A program made the translations under genes and the position numbers. DNA of 48,057 nucleotides from Acholeplasmataceae bacterium (GTDB taxonomy: Bacteria > Bacillota_I > Bacilli_A > Izemoplasmatales > Hujiaoplasmataceae). This document shows positions 16,326 through 26,170 of this stretch, in pieces. Where the stretch lies: positions 1-48,057 of the forward strand of contig JAAYZB010000143.1 of assembly GCA_012515085.1 (NCBI GenBank). The letters run 5' to 3'. The notes beneath the pieces are model-generated. The model was not told the origin of the DNA. It searched no databases and worked only from the letters and a program-made list of their open reading frames with translations. Numbering within the stretch: position 1 is the first letter of the stretch; each line of letters starts with the position of its first letter.

Positions 16326-17627
16326 TCAAAGCGGAAAATAGAATTGCTCTTTTAGTCGAAAGCAAAAACAGCTCACCACCAACAAATCGGCGCTCCCGCC
16401 AAAACTCAAGCCTTTCTCAATACAATCTTGGTTCAATGAGGCTAAAGCAGCGTCGCTCATATCGGTCCATCTCGCAAACATGGACTGGATTTCCAAGTAT
16501 TTTTCCATTGAACCAGCGCGTTTTAAAAGCGTCGTGTCTTCGATGTGTCCAATGAGGAACATCAATGTTTTGAGCCGGTCGATCCGTGTATTCGACTTCA
16601 ATATCCTCAGTGCTTCTTGAACTCCAGGATAGCCCTTTTCCGCCTCGCCCCTGGCACCCTTAAGCCGATATTTCCGATAAGCCTTTTTGCCGAACGTTTC
16701 CTCGCCAGTACCCAGTTCTTTGGTGATGCCTTTTGTCATTTGTTTGATTATTTCAAACAATTCAAACAAATGACCCGAGGATCCCAACAATCTTCCCGCG
16801 GCGGCAGAGACCACTCCCAAATTAAAAATCAGTCCCCGATAAGCATTGACTCCTTGAGTCGCTTCCAACATCGCTCTTTCCGCTTCTAGCCCCAATTTTC
16901 GGCATTGACTAAACAATTCTTCCGCTGTCGATTCTTCCCATCCGCAAAGCGCCATTGTCACTAAATATGGCGTGATCGCTTGGGCGGCTGCTTGCATCAA
17001 ATGAACGTCCATATCCGGATGAGCCCCTTTGGAAGAGGGCGTGACCAACCCGAACTTGGGTTCCAATCGGAGTTCATCTTGAATGGATTTCTTAATTAGA
17101 TCATTGAAGATTATTGGTAAAATCTGGAGAATCATCGATCGGATCCGATCCAAGACGTCGCTTTCTGAATGCCGCTGATTGCGGATGCAATCAAAAGCGA
17201 TTTGATCGCACAACAGACATCTTCGCGGCTCTTTGCGTGACAAAATCCCATCTTTACCGTACACATCAATATCGATGAGCCGCCCCCACGGATCTTCTTC
17301 TTCTAAGTCGCAAGCTTCGCTTTTTAACCCCTCCGGAATATCATTCTCAAAGCAAAACAAAACGCCGGGTCCTTCCGGGCTATTGACCACATTCGCAAGT
17401 TTGGGATGATGTTTTTTAAAGTGGTTCGCAAAATACCGAACCAACAAAAATGCTTCTTTTTGGTGTTTATCGTTCCCGGGAATATTGGCTTTGACCGATA
17501 CGACCGCATTGAACTCCTTCAAATAGGTTTGAATGATTGTCGCTCGCTCTTCTCGCGCTTCCAAAATCCGGTCGTTATTCGCTTGGATCGTCTTGTTTTT
17601 CGCTTCCACAAAAGCCAATCCTTTCAA
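16326..17627 (-). CDS. citXG: fused holo-ACP synthase (CitX) / triphosphoribosyl-dephospho-CoA synthase (CitG)
   Basis: 433 aa. The N-terminal region of about 170 aa is CitX-like (ILEAREERATIIQ...VSVKANIPG). The C-terminal region of about 260 aa is CitG-like (PKFGLVTPSSKGAHPDMDVHLM...GVNAYRGLIFNLG...GARGEAEKGYP). The start is a TTG overlapping the citF TGA (TTGA); a GTG at 17609 is an alternative. Confidence 0.8.
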   Translation of the reverse strand: MKGLAFVEAKNKTIQANNDRILEAREERATIIQTYLKEFNAVVSVKANIPGNDKHQKEAFLLVRYFANHFKKHHPKLANVVNSPEGPGVLFCFENDIPEGLKSEACDLEEEDPWGRLIDIDVYGKDGILSRKEPRRCLLCDQIAFDCIRNQRHSESDVLDRIRSMILQILPIIFNDLIKKSIQDELRLEPKFGLVTPSSKGAHPDMDVHLMQAAAQAITPYLVTMALCGWEESTAEELFSQCRKLGLEAERAMLEATQGVNAYRGLIFNLGVVSAAAGRLLGSSGHLFELFEIIKQMTKGITKELGTGEETFGKKAYRKYRLKGARGEAEKGYPGVQEALRILKSNTRIDRLKTLMFLIGHIEDTTLLKRAGSMEKYLEIQSMFARWTDMSDAALASLNQDCIEKGLSFGGSADLLVVSCFCFRLKEQFYFPL

Positions 17628-19138
17628 TAAAGCGGTGAATCATAGAGACTGTCGATCACAGAGCCGTCCCGATATTCGAGATAACCGATCCGTTTCTTTC
17701 CCGAAGGGATTTCTTTCGGTTTTCCAGCGATGGCATAGGTGAGGTCCAACAACTCGCGGATCGTCATGATTTTCAGTCGCGAGTGCGATAACTTCTCCAG
17801 CAAATCTGTTCTTAACGGATTGATGGCGATCCCTCGTTCTGTGACCAAGATATCCACATCCGACCCCGGAGTGGTGATTGTTCGAACTTTCTCCCGAATG
17901 ATCGGAATCCGGGCCTTGGTCAATGTCGAGGTGATTATCGTGATTTTTGCCCCGTGCGCGGTATCCGCATGTCCACCTGATCCGCCAATGATTTTCCCGA
18001 AAGCATCGGTCGTGACATTCACATTGAAATCCAGATCGATCTCTGTGGCTCCCAGGATCACAAAATCCAGCCTGTCCACCGCAGACTTATTTTCAAAAGG
18101 GTTCCCATACTCCGAAGCGGAAATTCCGATATGATTTTTGTTCTTGTGGTAGGATTCCACCGCCTCCAAGTCGAAACACTGGACATCGTAAAGATGTTCA
18201 AACAAACCTTGATTCAACATATCGACATAATATCCGGTAATTCCACCTGAGGCAAATTTTCCTTTTACCTGATTTTTTAACATGACTTTTTTGACAGCGT
18301 CCGCCACGGCGAGCGACGTGCCTCCGGCTCCCGTCTGCATCGAAAAGCCATTGCGGATGACTCCTAGTTCGGTTAAGAGCGTGGCGGTGTCTTCCGCAAT
18401 TTTGAGTCCGATCGGGTCTCTGGTGATCTTGGTCGTTCCGGCAACGATTCCCGCCGGATCACCAATTGAATCCACCATGACGACACCGTCCACATGCGAA
18501 TGATCGAGTTGATAGGAATCCAGTTTATCGACGAGTGTATCACTGACCAAAATCACTTTCTTGGCATATCGCCAATCGCTACACGCGTATCCGAGTGTTC
18601 CGCAGGCGCTTTTGCCATATGCCCCGGAACCGTTTCCGCTTTTATCTACGACCGGGCAAGCCAAAAATGCCACATCAATGGCAAGCTCGCCACTTTCGAT
18701 CGCCCGAGCTCTCCCCCCATGTGTCTGCATGATCAGTTCTCCCGCCAAATGGCCTTTGGCAATGGTATCCGCAACCGGACCATTCAAATAACTGGTCACG
18801 ATTTGGGTGATATTTTGTCGGATGATCAAATCGCTTAAGCGGTATTCCGGAAAAATCGAACTAGGCGCCAAGGTGAGTCCTTTAATATCGTACTTTGAAA
18901 TCAACTCGCCCACTTGGTTGATCACTTGATCACCGCTTCGCAAATGATGATGAAAGGAGAGTGTCATGCCTGGCTTTATATCCATTGCCAGAAATGCCGC
19001 TTCGAGAGATGGATAAAAAAGGCTTTGATCAACGGGCGATTTTTCTGGTATTAACCGACGTTCTTGATGACGAAAATCAGAACTAGATTGAAATGGTTTC
19101 AAGCCATCAGGAATTTCCCGATTCAGACTATTCTTCAT
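17624..19138 (-). CDS. citF: citrate-lyase-type alpha subunit (acyl-ACP:substrate CoA-transferase); probably citramalate lyase here
   Basis: 504 aa and CitF-like over its full length (NREIP...SFHHHLRSGD...MQTHGGRA...GGHADTA). It sits in cluster order D-E-F. Confidence 0.85.
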   Translation of the reverse strand: MKNSLNREIPDGLKPFQSSSDFRHQERRLIPEKSPVDQSLFYPSLEAAFLAMDIKPGMTLSFHHHLRSGDQVINQVGELISKYDIKGLTLAPSSIFPEYRLSDLIIRQNITQIVTSYLNGPVADTIAKGHLAGELIMQTHGGRARAIESGELAIDVAFLACPVVDKSGNGSGAYGKSACGTLGYACSDWRYAKKVILVSDTLVDKLDSYQLDHSHVDGVVMVDSIGDPAGIVAGTTKITRDPIGLKIAEDTATLLTELGVIRNGFSMQTGAGGTSLAVADAVKKVMLKNQVKGKFASGGITGYYVDMLNQGLFEHLYDVQCFDLEAVESYHKNKNHIGISASEYGNPFENKSAVDRLDFVILGATEIDLDFNVNVTTDAFGKIIGGSGGHADTAHGAKITIITSTLTKARIPIIREKVRTITTPGSDVDILVTERGIAINPLRTDLLEKLSHSRLKIMTIRELLDLTYAIAGKPKEIPSGKKRIGYLEYRDGSVIDSLYDSPLY

Positions 19139-19997
19139 TTTCTGGCACTCCCACTTCGTATCGTTGGGCCTTTTGCATGATCGTCCGAGCGCGTTTGATG
19201 ATTGGCTGATCGATCATTTTCCCATCCAAACTAAAAACACCGAGACCGTTTTTCGAGGCCTTTTTCTCGGCGTCCAAGACGTTTTTTGCCCAGAGGATCT
19301 GATCATTAGAGGGTGAAAACACCGCATGGATCAAGGGAATCTGCCGGGGATGGATGGCGGCTTTGGCCGTCATTCCGAGACTGGATGCCATCAACGCGTC
19401 TTGTGTCAATCCTTCGTCGTCATTGACATCCGCAAACGGTGTATCGATCGCATCGATTCCCAAAGCCCTAGAGACGATGGCGAGTTCCGCCCTTGGGAAC
19501 CACAGTTCTTTTCCCTCGCGCGTGCGTTTGATTTCCATGTCACTACAAAAATCTTCCCCACCGAGCAACAAGCCCGTTACTCCCTTTACAGAAGCGATAT
19601 TTTTCAGTTCCAAAAACGATGATGCAAGCTCGATGATCGGGATGATGTCAAACTGGCGGCCGAGCGATTCTTCCTTTCTTTTGAGCATCTCTGCCAGTGC
19701 TTTTGTCGACTTTTCACTTGCCTTTGGCAACATGATCCCATCAATTTTCAAAGTATCCAGCAATTGAAGATCAAAAGAGTAATCAGCGGTATCCGGAGCG
19801 TTCACTCGGAGAATGACCTTTGAAGGCAGCACCGGATGCCCTAACAAGTAATCTTTGATGAGATTGCGAGCACTTGCTTTTTCGTTGATATGAACCGAAT
19901 CTTCCAAATCAAAAATGACGGAATCCGCCCCAAACACGTCCGCCGTTTGCATCATCGACGGATTGTTTCCTGGGATAAAAAGAGCGCTTCTAATCAT
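19128..19997 (-). CDS. citE: citrate-lyase-type beta subunit (citryl/citramalyl-ACP lyase)
   Basis: 289 aa with HpcH/CitE motifs (RSALFIPGNNPSMM...FDLEDSV...MLPKA...GGEDF...IHPRQI). Confidence 0.85.
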   Translation of the reverse strand: MIRSALFIPGNNPSMMQTADVFGADSVIFDLEDSVHINEKASARNLIKDYLLGHPVLPSKVILRVNAPDTADYSFDLQLLDTLKIDGIMLPKASEKSTKALAEMLKRKEESLGRQFDIIPIIELASSFLELKNIASVKGVTGLLLGGEDFCSDMEIKRTREGKELWFPRAELAIVSRALGIDAIDTPFADVNDDEGLTQDALMASSLGMTAKAAIHPRQIPLIHAVFSPSNDQILWAKNVLDAEKKASKNGLGVFSLDGKMIDQPIIKRARTIMQKAQRYEVGVPENEE

Positions 19998-20247
19998 CGC
20001 TCTTCATCCGTTTCAATGCCGTGATCAACCGCGCTCGAATCGTATAGTCCAGCGCTCCTTTGTCAACGCAAACCACGCGAATGTTCTGGATGTGTTCTTC
20101 TTTGAGCGTCTCCCGGATCACTTTTTCAATTTGATCATGATACATTAGGTCCACAATACTCTGGATCTCGATTTCCAACATATCGCTCTCAAAGACACTG
20201 ATCAGCGCATCGTTGGATTCTTTGGTTCCGGCAACCCCTGTTTTCAT
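19990..20247 (-). CDS. citD: citrate-lyase-type gamma subunit (acyl carrier protein)
   Basis: 85 aa. MKTGVAGTKESNDALISV matches the CitD N-terminus, including the prosthetic-group Ser region. The RBS is GGAGGGG. Confidence 0.8.
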   Translation of the reverse strand: MKTGVAGTKESNDALISVFESDMLEIEIQSIVDLMYHDQIEKVIRETLKEEHIQNIRVVCVDKGALDYTIRARLITALKRMKSDD

Positions 20248-20259
20248 TGCCAGCCCCTC

Positions 20260-21501
20260 CTATCGTTTTCGAATTCGTTCCAATACACGGTTCATCTCAT
20301 TTTTAACAATCATATAGCCTTCGTCAAAGCCCATGCCCGGCTTCGCCAGGCATTGGCTGGCGTTGCAGGCGATGGCAATATTCGTCGTGACTTCCGCAGA
20401 AATATTGGTTTCGTTACATGTGCCACCACAATACGAACCGATCATTGCTTTGTTGCAGTAAAGGATCGCCTCGATGGTATTATTGACTCCACCCAAATCG
20501 GGGGTTTTGATCTGCAACATGTGTCCGGCTTTTTGATCCGCAAAATAAATGATGTCTTCCAAGGTGTTGCACCATTCATCCGCGACGATCTCCAAGTTTG
20601 ATCCCAACCGATCCAAGCGTTCGCGAAGATTCTTAAGCGCCATCATCGTCGCTTCTCGCGCGCCGCCGTCGATCGGTCCTTCGATCCGAAGACCAAATGG
20701 GCGAGCAGTCTTTTCGAGATCCAATAGATACGCCACTATTTTGTCTAAATCATTCGCGAAAATGATTCCAATCGTCCCGTAAACATCGATATGCAAGATC
20801 GGGTGATACTGGTCGTGATTGCGATGCGTTAGAATCCGGTCCCGAAGCCAAGCGACATATGTTTTTAAAATTTCACCTTGACGACCCAGTTTTTTGTCAA
20901 TGTTGTTTATGAGCGCATGCGGCAGGACGTCTGCTTCCTTTAAAATCATCTTGTCCACATTGGTATAACGGTCATCACCACTTTGGGAAAAGACGGGAAT
21001 CGGGTGATAGTCTTTTTCCGGAATATGATATTCCTCGCGAACAATTTCCGCCATCGTTTTGCCTTTGCTCACGGCAGTCGCCCATAAAAGCGCTTGAGTT
21101 ATGCCATAGCGAATTGCCGTGTGAAGTCTTTTGCCACGGATCATCAAGTGATCATATTTTTCGGCGAGTTGCCGAAAATTCTGAATGTTTTCTTTTAAAA
21201 GCATTGGGACAAGGTCTTCGCGAATCATCCCGATGTAATCATCTGCCAAAAAGAGCGGGTCTCTCCCTCCGGTTCCCGAATATTGGACCGCGGCACAGTC
21301 GCCATAACCGATCAGTCCGTTTTCCAGTTCGATTTGCAGCGAAATCGCTTCACCTTGTTGGCGAACTTTGGTGAATCCAGGGATGAGAGGTTCTCCCAAA
21401 TAACAAAAACCGTCGTTTTGAGCGCCTTCTTTGATGGCTTTTTGGTCATCAAAGAAAAATCCGGTGTAAGACTTGGATACATAGATATGCTTGATTTTCA
21501 T
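20260..21501 (-). CDS. mal: methylaspartate ammonia-lyase
   Basis: 413 aa of the enolase superfamily. MKIKHIYVSKSYTGFFFDDQKAIK... matches the canonical beta-methylaspartase N-terminus. The gene lies directly after glmE. Confidence 0.9.
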   Translation of the reverse strand: MKIKHIYVSKSYTGFFFDDQKAIKEGAQNDGFCYLGEPLIPGFTKVRQQGEAISLQIELENGLIGYGDCAAVQYSGTGGRDPLFLADDYIGMIREDLVPMLLKENIQNFRQLAEKYDHLMIRGKRLHTAIRYGITQALLWATAVSKGKTMAEIVREEYHIPEKDYHPIPVFSQSGDDRYTNVDKMILKEADVLPHALINNIDKKLGRQGEILKTYVAWLRDRILTHRNHDQYHPILHIDVYGTIGIIFANDLDKIVAYLLDLEKTARPFGLRIEGPIDGGAREATMMALKNLRERLDRLGSNLEIVADEWCNTLEDIIYFADQKAGHMLQIKTPDLGGVNNTIEAILYCNKAMIGSYCGGTCNETNISAEVTTNIAIACNASQCLAKPGMGFDEGYMIVKNEMNRVLERIRKR

Positions 21502-21509
21502 GAGGTCTC

Positions 21510-22970
21510 CTATCGGTTTTTCGGCCGTCCGACTAATTTTCCGGTGCTGACCGAATACACATCGTCAATGGTGAGCTGAAAAGATAGCGTGCGGTTTTCA
21601 AAAGCGGCACGTTCGCTGATTTTGGAACGATGGAACGCTTTGATGTCGTCGGTAAAGCCTAAATTGCCAAATTCCAAAATCCGAATATTGCCATCGTTGT
21701 CCCGTGCAGGAAGGATTTTGCCAAGATTATAGCGACTGGGTGCAAAAGGAATATCGAGAAGTCCTTGTTCAAAAGCTTTGACGATACCTTGTGCCAAATC
21801 CCCTTTGCCGGCTTCCACGACACAGTGGATCAAACTGTCGACTTCTCTTTCGATTTGATACCGTTCCGCGAGCAACAAGTTCGTGCTTGGCAACGTTTGT
21901 CCCTTGACCAGATTGACCACGAATTTAGAGGCTTTGACCCCGAATCCGTTGGCCTCTTTCGTGGGTATTCCAATCGATTCATGGGGACTTTTCGTAATCA
22001 TCTTGGTCGCTTGAGATAGGGTTGCGACCGTGGCGCTTAACGATATCAATCCCATGGCTTCGGATTCGTCTTCCGGAAAGCCACCCATCCACTGATGAAA
22101 GACCGTGGAGACATCACAGTCTTTATAACCATACTTCGCCAAATAAAATTCTGTTTGATTCTGAAGCGCTTGGATGGCGGCGATGTCTTGGATGATGTTT
22201 CCACCCATACCGTATCCGACCGTAATGCTTTTGACTCCTTGTTCCGCCGCCAACAATGCTTCCAATATGCCAACGGCATTGGAAATCGACGGTGGAACCA
22301 ACGTACCGGTCAACGGACCAAACGGCTCACGATTGATGGTGATCCCTTGTTCCTGATAAAATCCAACCAATCGGTCGCAGTATTGCCAGTTGCGCAAACT
22401 CACTTCGAGCGGAATCGATTTCGCATAAGGAATATTATAAGATATCCCGCCACCCTCATTGGATGTCCAGCCAGAGGCATGGATGATTTCCGCCAAGAGC
22501 CGGGCATCGGGCGTTCCGTGCCGGGCTTGAAGCGGAACGTTCACGCTTTCTAAGACCGTTTTACAGTTTTTGACTCCGTGATTCACAACCGGAAAACCAT
22601 TTAACAGTGCCCGTCCGATCTGTTCGCTTTCACGCATGCCTTTTTCGGCTTCCCGATAACGGTTCTGCCTGGTATACGAATCAACCGTGGTCGGCAAAAA
22701 GTCTGCGCCCGCGTTCTCTAAATATTGCATCAGTTTGATATGTTCGGACAAGACCGGCACACCCGCGCGTGGCTGAACCATGGTCACACTTGCTTGTTTT
22801 GCCTTCAGCAACTTCTTGGCGAATATCTTATGATCCGGAATTTGTTTCAAATAAGGAATCGACACCGAAAAATCCAGTTCGGGATCCCATCCGGTCGACC
22901 ACTCTTGTCTGACTTTTTCGCGTTCAGCCAAAAAGTCTGCTTCCGTCATTTTTTTGTTTGTGAGCTCCAT
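21510..22970 (-). CDS. glmE: glutamate mutase epsilon (catalytic) subunit
   Basis: 486 aa, the canonical size. It sits in the conserved S-L-E-mal order and has a GlmE/MutE-like TIM barrel (PRAGVP...[12 protein letters not shown]...). Confidence 0.9.
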   Translation of the reverse strand: MELTNKKMTEADFLAEREKVRQEWSTGWDPELDFSVSIPYLKQIPDHKIFAKKLLKAKQASVTMVQPRAGVPVLSEHIKLMQYLENAGADFLPTTVDSYTRQNRYREAEKGMRESEQIGRALLNGFPVVNHGVKNCKTVLESVNVPLQARHGTPDARLLAEIIHASGWTSNEGGGISYNIPYAKSIPLEVSLRNWQYCDRLVGFYQEQGITINREPFGPLTGTLVPPSISNAVGILEALLAAEQGVKSITVGYGMGGNIIQDIAAIQALQNQTEFYLAKYGYKDCDVSTVFHQWMGGFPEDESEAMGLISLSATVATLSQATKMITKSPHESIGIPTKEANGFGVKASKFVVNLVKGQTLPSTNLLLAERYQIEREVDSLIHCVVEAGKGDLAQGIVKAFEQGLLDIPFAPSRYNLGKILPARDNDGNIRILEFGNLGFTDDIKAFHRSKISERAAFENRTLSFQLTIDDVYSVSTGKLVGRPKNR

Positions 22971-22986
22971 CGCATAATCCTTCTTC

Positions 22987-24369
22987 TCAAACAGAAATCA
23001 AGCGTTTTTTCATGATTTTGAGTGCCAAAAGCGGTTCTTGTTGGGACAAGAGGCCCATGGCGGATAAAATATAGGTCTGATCCAATAAATACTCAGGATT
23101 CCTGGGGGCCAAATCGGTTGGCGATTGATGTTTGGCGCTCAGGTGTTCCAAAATTGATCGAGGGTCTTTTGAACGGATGATCACTCCGCCGGAACCGATA
23201 CAATGGGTAACGTCGGAAAGATCTTTCCCTGTTTGGTGATAGAACGTCCCCATCGGGGTAAACACTTCTTCAATCTTGCCAACGTGACGAGCCATTGCCC
23301 GGGTCGCACAAAGTCTTGCCAAAAGCAGATCGACGCGTTCGGCTTCGACAGAATCGGGAATATATTCCACGTGATTCGCTCGAAATGACGCTTCCGCTTC
23401 CAGATCCAACTGATTGACTTGATTGAAGGCCATGAGTTCCTCCCGGGAAAAGGGCTTGATGATTCCCAAGGCCGAATATCGCATTCCCAAGTCGCCTTCG
23501 ACGGTGCGCTTGGCATAGGGTTCTTCCAACCCCCGCAAAATGACATCGCTTCGTTTGGCCGCAAAAGAGAGCGAATACATATCCGTCGTCGCACCACCAA
23601 TATCGACCAGCACCAAATCCCCCAGTCCCGGTTCATCCAGATATCCCTTGGAGAGGAGTTCGGCGGCTTGAAGCACTGCTTCCGGTGTTGGTAACATCAC
23701 ACGGTCAATTTCACTTTCGATCTTTTTGATTCCTTTGGCTTCGATGATCTTTTTTAAAAAGATGTCACGAATCATTTCCCTTGCGCTTTTGACATTCAAG
23801 ACATTGACTTTGGGCATCACGTTTTCCGCAAAGTAACCGTCACAATCGTGGCGGGTAAAAATCTCTTTGACGTCATCCATCGCCGATTTGTTTCCCGCAT
23901 AGATGATAGGGATCTTGATTCCGGCCGCTCCCAATTTTTCCGCATTGAACAGCACACATTCGGCGTTCCCGCCATCGGTTCCTCCGGCAAGCAGGAGAAT
24001 ATCGATGGCTTTTTCCCGAATCAATTCTATTTCTTGGTTCGATAGATGATGCGAAAAAACCAGATCCACTTTGGCACCCGCGCCGAGACAGGCTCGTTTC
24101 GCCGCTTCTGCCGTCAGTTCTTCCACCAAACCGACCGCAGCCATTTTCAAGCCCCCAGCCGCAGAAGAGCAGGCAATGATTTGATCAAATGAAACCGGTT
24201 TTTCGAACGATGCTTGTAAACTCTGGAGTGCCGCTTCATACCCGATGGCGATGTCTGTCCGGACGGTGCTCACATGAGAACTCGTCCCAATCACATCCCC
24301 AATAAGGGTATCAACCGCAGTTAATTTGGTATAAGTCGAGCCAAAATCAACGAGCAAAATCGCACTCAT
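22987..24369 (-). CDS. glmL: glutamate mutase component L (GlmL/MutL, ASKHA-type chaperone/reactivase)
   Basis: ORF 22987..24444. I prefer the ATG at 24369 ([20 protein letters not shown]), with RBS GGGAGA, 1 nt after the glmS stop. That gives 460 aa, the canonical GlmL size. A second ASKHA motif is [12 protein letters not shown]. Confidence 0.85.
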   Translation of the reverse strand: MSAILLVDFGSTYTKLTAVDTLIGDVIGTSSHVSTVRTDIAIGYEAALQSLQASFEKPVSFDQIIACSSAAGGLKMAAVGLVEELTAEAAKRACLGAGAKVDLVFSHHLSNQEIELIREKAIDILLLAGGTDGGNAECVLFNAEKLGAAGIKIPIIYAGNKSAMDDVKEIFTRHDCDGYFAENVMPKVNVLNVKSAREMIRDIFLKKIIEAKGIKKIESEIDRVMLPTPEAVLQAAELLSKGYLDEPGLGDLVLVDIGGATTDMYSLSFAAKRSDVILRGLEEPYAKRTVEGDLGMRYSALGIIKPFSREELMAFNQVNQLDLEAEASFRANHVEYIPDSVEAERVDLLLARLCATRAMARHVGKIEEVFTPMGTFYHQTGKDLSDVTHCIGSGGVIIRSKDPRSILEHLSAKHQSPTDLAPRNPEYLLDQTYILSAMGLLSQQEPLLALKIMKKRLISV

Positions 24370-24370
24370 A

Positions 24371-24775
24371 TTAATCTCCCATATCCTGTTTGATATCGGA
24401 TAACGCTTTATCGATCGTGGTTCCGGGAGGATATACCCGGTCAAATCCCATCGCTAAAAATCGTTGGCAGACTTCTTCGAAATCTTGTTTTCCGACAACG
24501 ATGTTTCCCCCCACATATAATTTGATATCGCCGATCCCGGCTTCAATGCATTTGTCGCGCATACCGCGACAATCGATTTCGCCGTGGCCATATAAAGAAG
24601 AGACCAAGATGATTCGGGCGTTCGCTTCAATGGCGGCGTTGATGAAGTCTTCTTGAGAAGACAGCACACCGATATTGACAACGTTATACCCGGCATTTTC
24701 CAATGTGTATTCAATGATTTTGTTGCCAACGGCGTGTACATCGGCACCGATGACGCCTATGACGATCGATTTCAC
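24371..24775 (-). CDS. glmS: glutamate mutase sigma (B12-binding) subunit
   Basis: ORF 24371..24820 uses a TTG start. I prefer the GTG at 24775, which has RBS AAAGGAG 6 nt upstream. It encodes (M)[19 protein letters not shown] with the DxHxxG motif, about 134 aa. Confidence 0.85.
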   Translation of the reverse strand: MKSIVIGVIGADVHAVGNKIIEYTLENAGYNVVNIGVLSSQEDFINAAIEANARIILVSSLYGHGEIDCRGMRDKCIEAGIGDIKLYVGGNIVVGKQDFEEVCQRFLAMGFDRVYPPGTTIDKALSDIKQDMGD

Positions 24776-24819
24776 AGCGATCTCCTTTATTCCTTGACAT
24801 TCATGAATGATCAATCCCA

Positions 24820-24848
24820 ATTATAACATGCTTGGAAGGTTAATCCAA
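24820..24848 (-). promoter_or_regulatory. putative internal sigma-A promoter upstream of glmS
   Basis: The minus strand reads TTGGAT, a 17-nt spacer, then TG-t-TATAAT (extended -10). It lies about 45 nt upstream of the GTG start. Confidence 0.5.
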
Positions 24849-24862
24849 TTCCCATTTGGGGG

Positions 24863-25414
24863 TTACTCCGTTTTTTTCGTTTGCGTTACCGACTGAACTT
24901 TGATATAGACAAACAGCAAATCGCTCAAACGGTTTAAGTAAGCCAACCCCGTTACTAAATCATCTCGTTTTTTGTCTATGATAAAAGAAACCAATTCCCG
25001 TTCCGCCCGGCGTGTCGTCGCCCGAGCGACATCCAGATAGGCTCCGCCTTTGGTCGTGTCGCTTCCGGGAAGCGAAAAGATCGGCTCCAGCGGGTGATCC
25101 TTCAAGAGAAGTTCCATCGTGTTTTCCAAACAATCCACATCAGATATCGTCACTTTATTTAACGATTTCATTTTTGGATCTTCGGGATTCGTTGCGATTT
25201 GCGATGATAGTTTTCCAAGTGCGATCTGGATCGTCCTTAATTCGGGGATCGCCACATAATGGGTCGCTATCCCGATCAGCGAATTTGCCTCGTCTATCGC
25301 GCCCAAAGCAGCGAATAATTGATCGGCCTTCGAGAGAACGTCACCTGAGTAATTTCGAGAAGTGCCGTTATCCCCGGTTTTGGTTGCGATTTGTCTGGCT
25401 TTTTCAATTTTCAT
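24863..25414 (-). CDS. PduO-type ATP:cob(I)alamin adenosyltransferase
   Basis: The ORF has a GTG at 25420; I prefer the ATG at 25414. MKIEKARQIATKTGDNGTSRNYSGDVLSKADQLFAALGAIDEANSLIG matches the PduO/MMAB N-terminal signature (TxxGDxGxT). Confidence 0.85.
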   Translation of the reverse strand: MKIEKARQIATKTGDNGTSRNYSGDVLSKADQLFAALGAIDEANSLIGIATHYVAIPELRTIQIALGKLSSQIATNPEDPKMKSLNKVTISDVDCLENTMELLLKDHPLEPIFSLPGSDTTKGGAYLDVARATTRRAERELVSFIIDKKRDDLVTGLAYLNRLSDLLFVYIKVQSVTQTKKTE

Positions 25415-25432
25415 CCCCACTCATCCCTTTCT

Positions 25433-26170
25433 TTAAAACATTTGCTTCTTTCGTCGAATCAATTCCAGTACGGCATAAGCCGCAACATCTTCAGCGTATT
25501 TTTTTGGTCCGAATCCGGCATCATAGCCGAGTTCCTTGGCTAATTCATGAGTGATCCGGGCCCCTCCTGCGATCAAAACAACATCCTTTCGCATTTGTTC
25601 GGTCTCCAACAGTTCAACAAGATCTACCAAGTTTTTCAAGTGGATGTCTTTTTGCGTCACTGTTTGGCTCACAAGCAACACGTCCGCCTTGAGCAATTTG
25701 GCCTGCCGAACGAATTCCTCGTTGGCCACTTGGCTTCCTAGATTAACCGCTTTAATGTGTTTATAGCGCTCCAATCCGTAGTGCCCGGCAAATCCTTTCA
25801 TGTTCATGATGGCATCGATCCCCACCGTGTGGGCATCGGTTCCGGTGGAAGCCCCAACGAACACCAATTCCCGATCCAGCTCGGTTTCAATCAGTTGTTC
25901 GATTTCTTCTCGGGTCATGGTGGGTGTTTCAAACGTTTCGACATGGATATCATTGAGGTCGATACTGACTCCTACGGATCCATAGACGATATAAAAACTA
26001 AAATGATCGCCGAGTTTTTCCTGATGTACAACGTTGGGATCGATCAATCCCATTTTTTTGGCGAGTTGTCTGGCCGCTTCTAAGCCGATGGCATCGGCTG
26101 CAATCGGCAGCGTAAAACTGATTTGAACTTTTCCGTCTTGAAGCGTGTCGCCGTAGGGTTTGATGTTCAT
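25433..26170 (-). CDS. kamE: lysine 5,6-aminomutase beta subunit (B12-binding)
   Basis: 245 aa. MNIKPYGDTLQDGKVQISFTLP... is followed by a Rossmann B12 domain with GTDAHTVG (DxHxxG). The start forms an ATGA overlap with kamD. Confidence 0.85.
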   Translation of the reverse strand: MNIKPYGDTLQDGKVQISFTLPIAADAIGLEAARQLAKKMGLIDPNVVHQEKLGDHFSFYIVYGSVGVSIDLNDIHVETFETPTMTREEIEQLIETELDRELVFVGASTGTDAHTVGIDAIMNMKGFAGHYGLERYKHIKAVNLGSQVANEEFVRQAKLLKADVLLVSQTVTQKDIHLKNLVDLVELLETEQMRKDVVLIAGGARITHELAKELGYDAGFGPKKYAEDVAAYAVLELIRRKKQMF

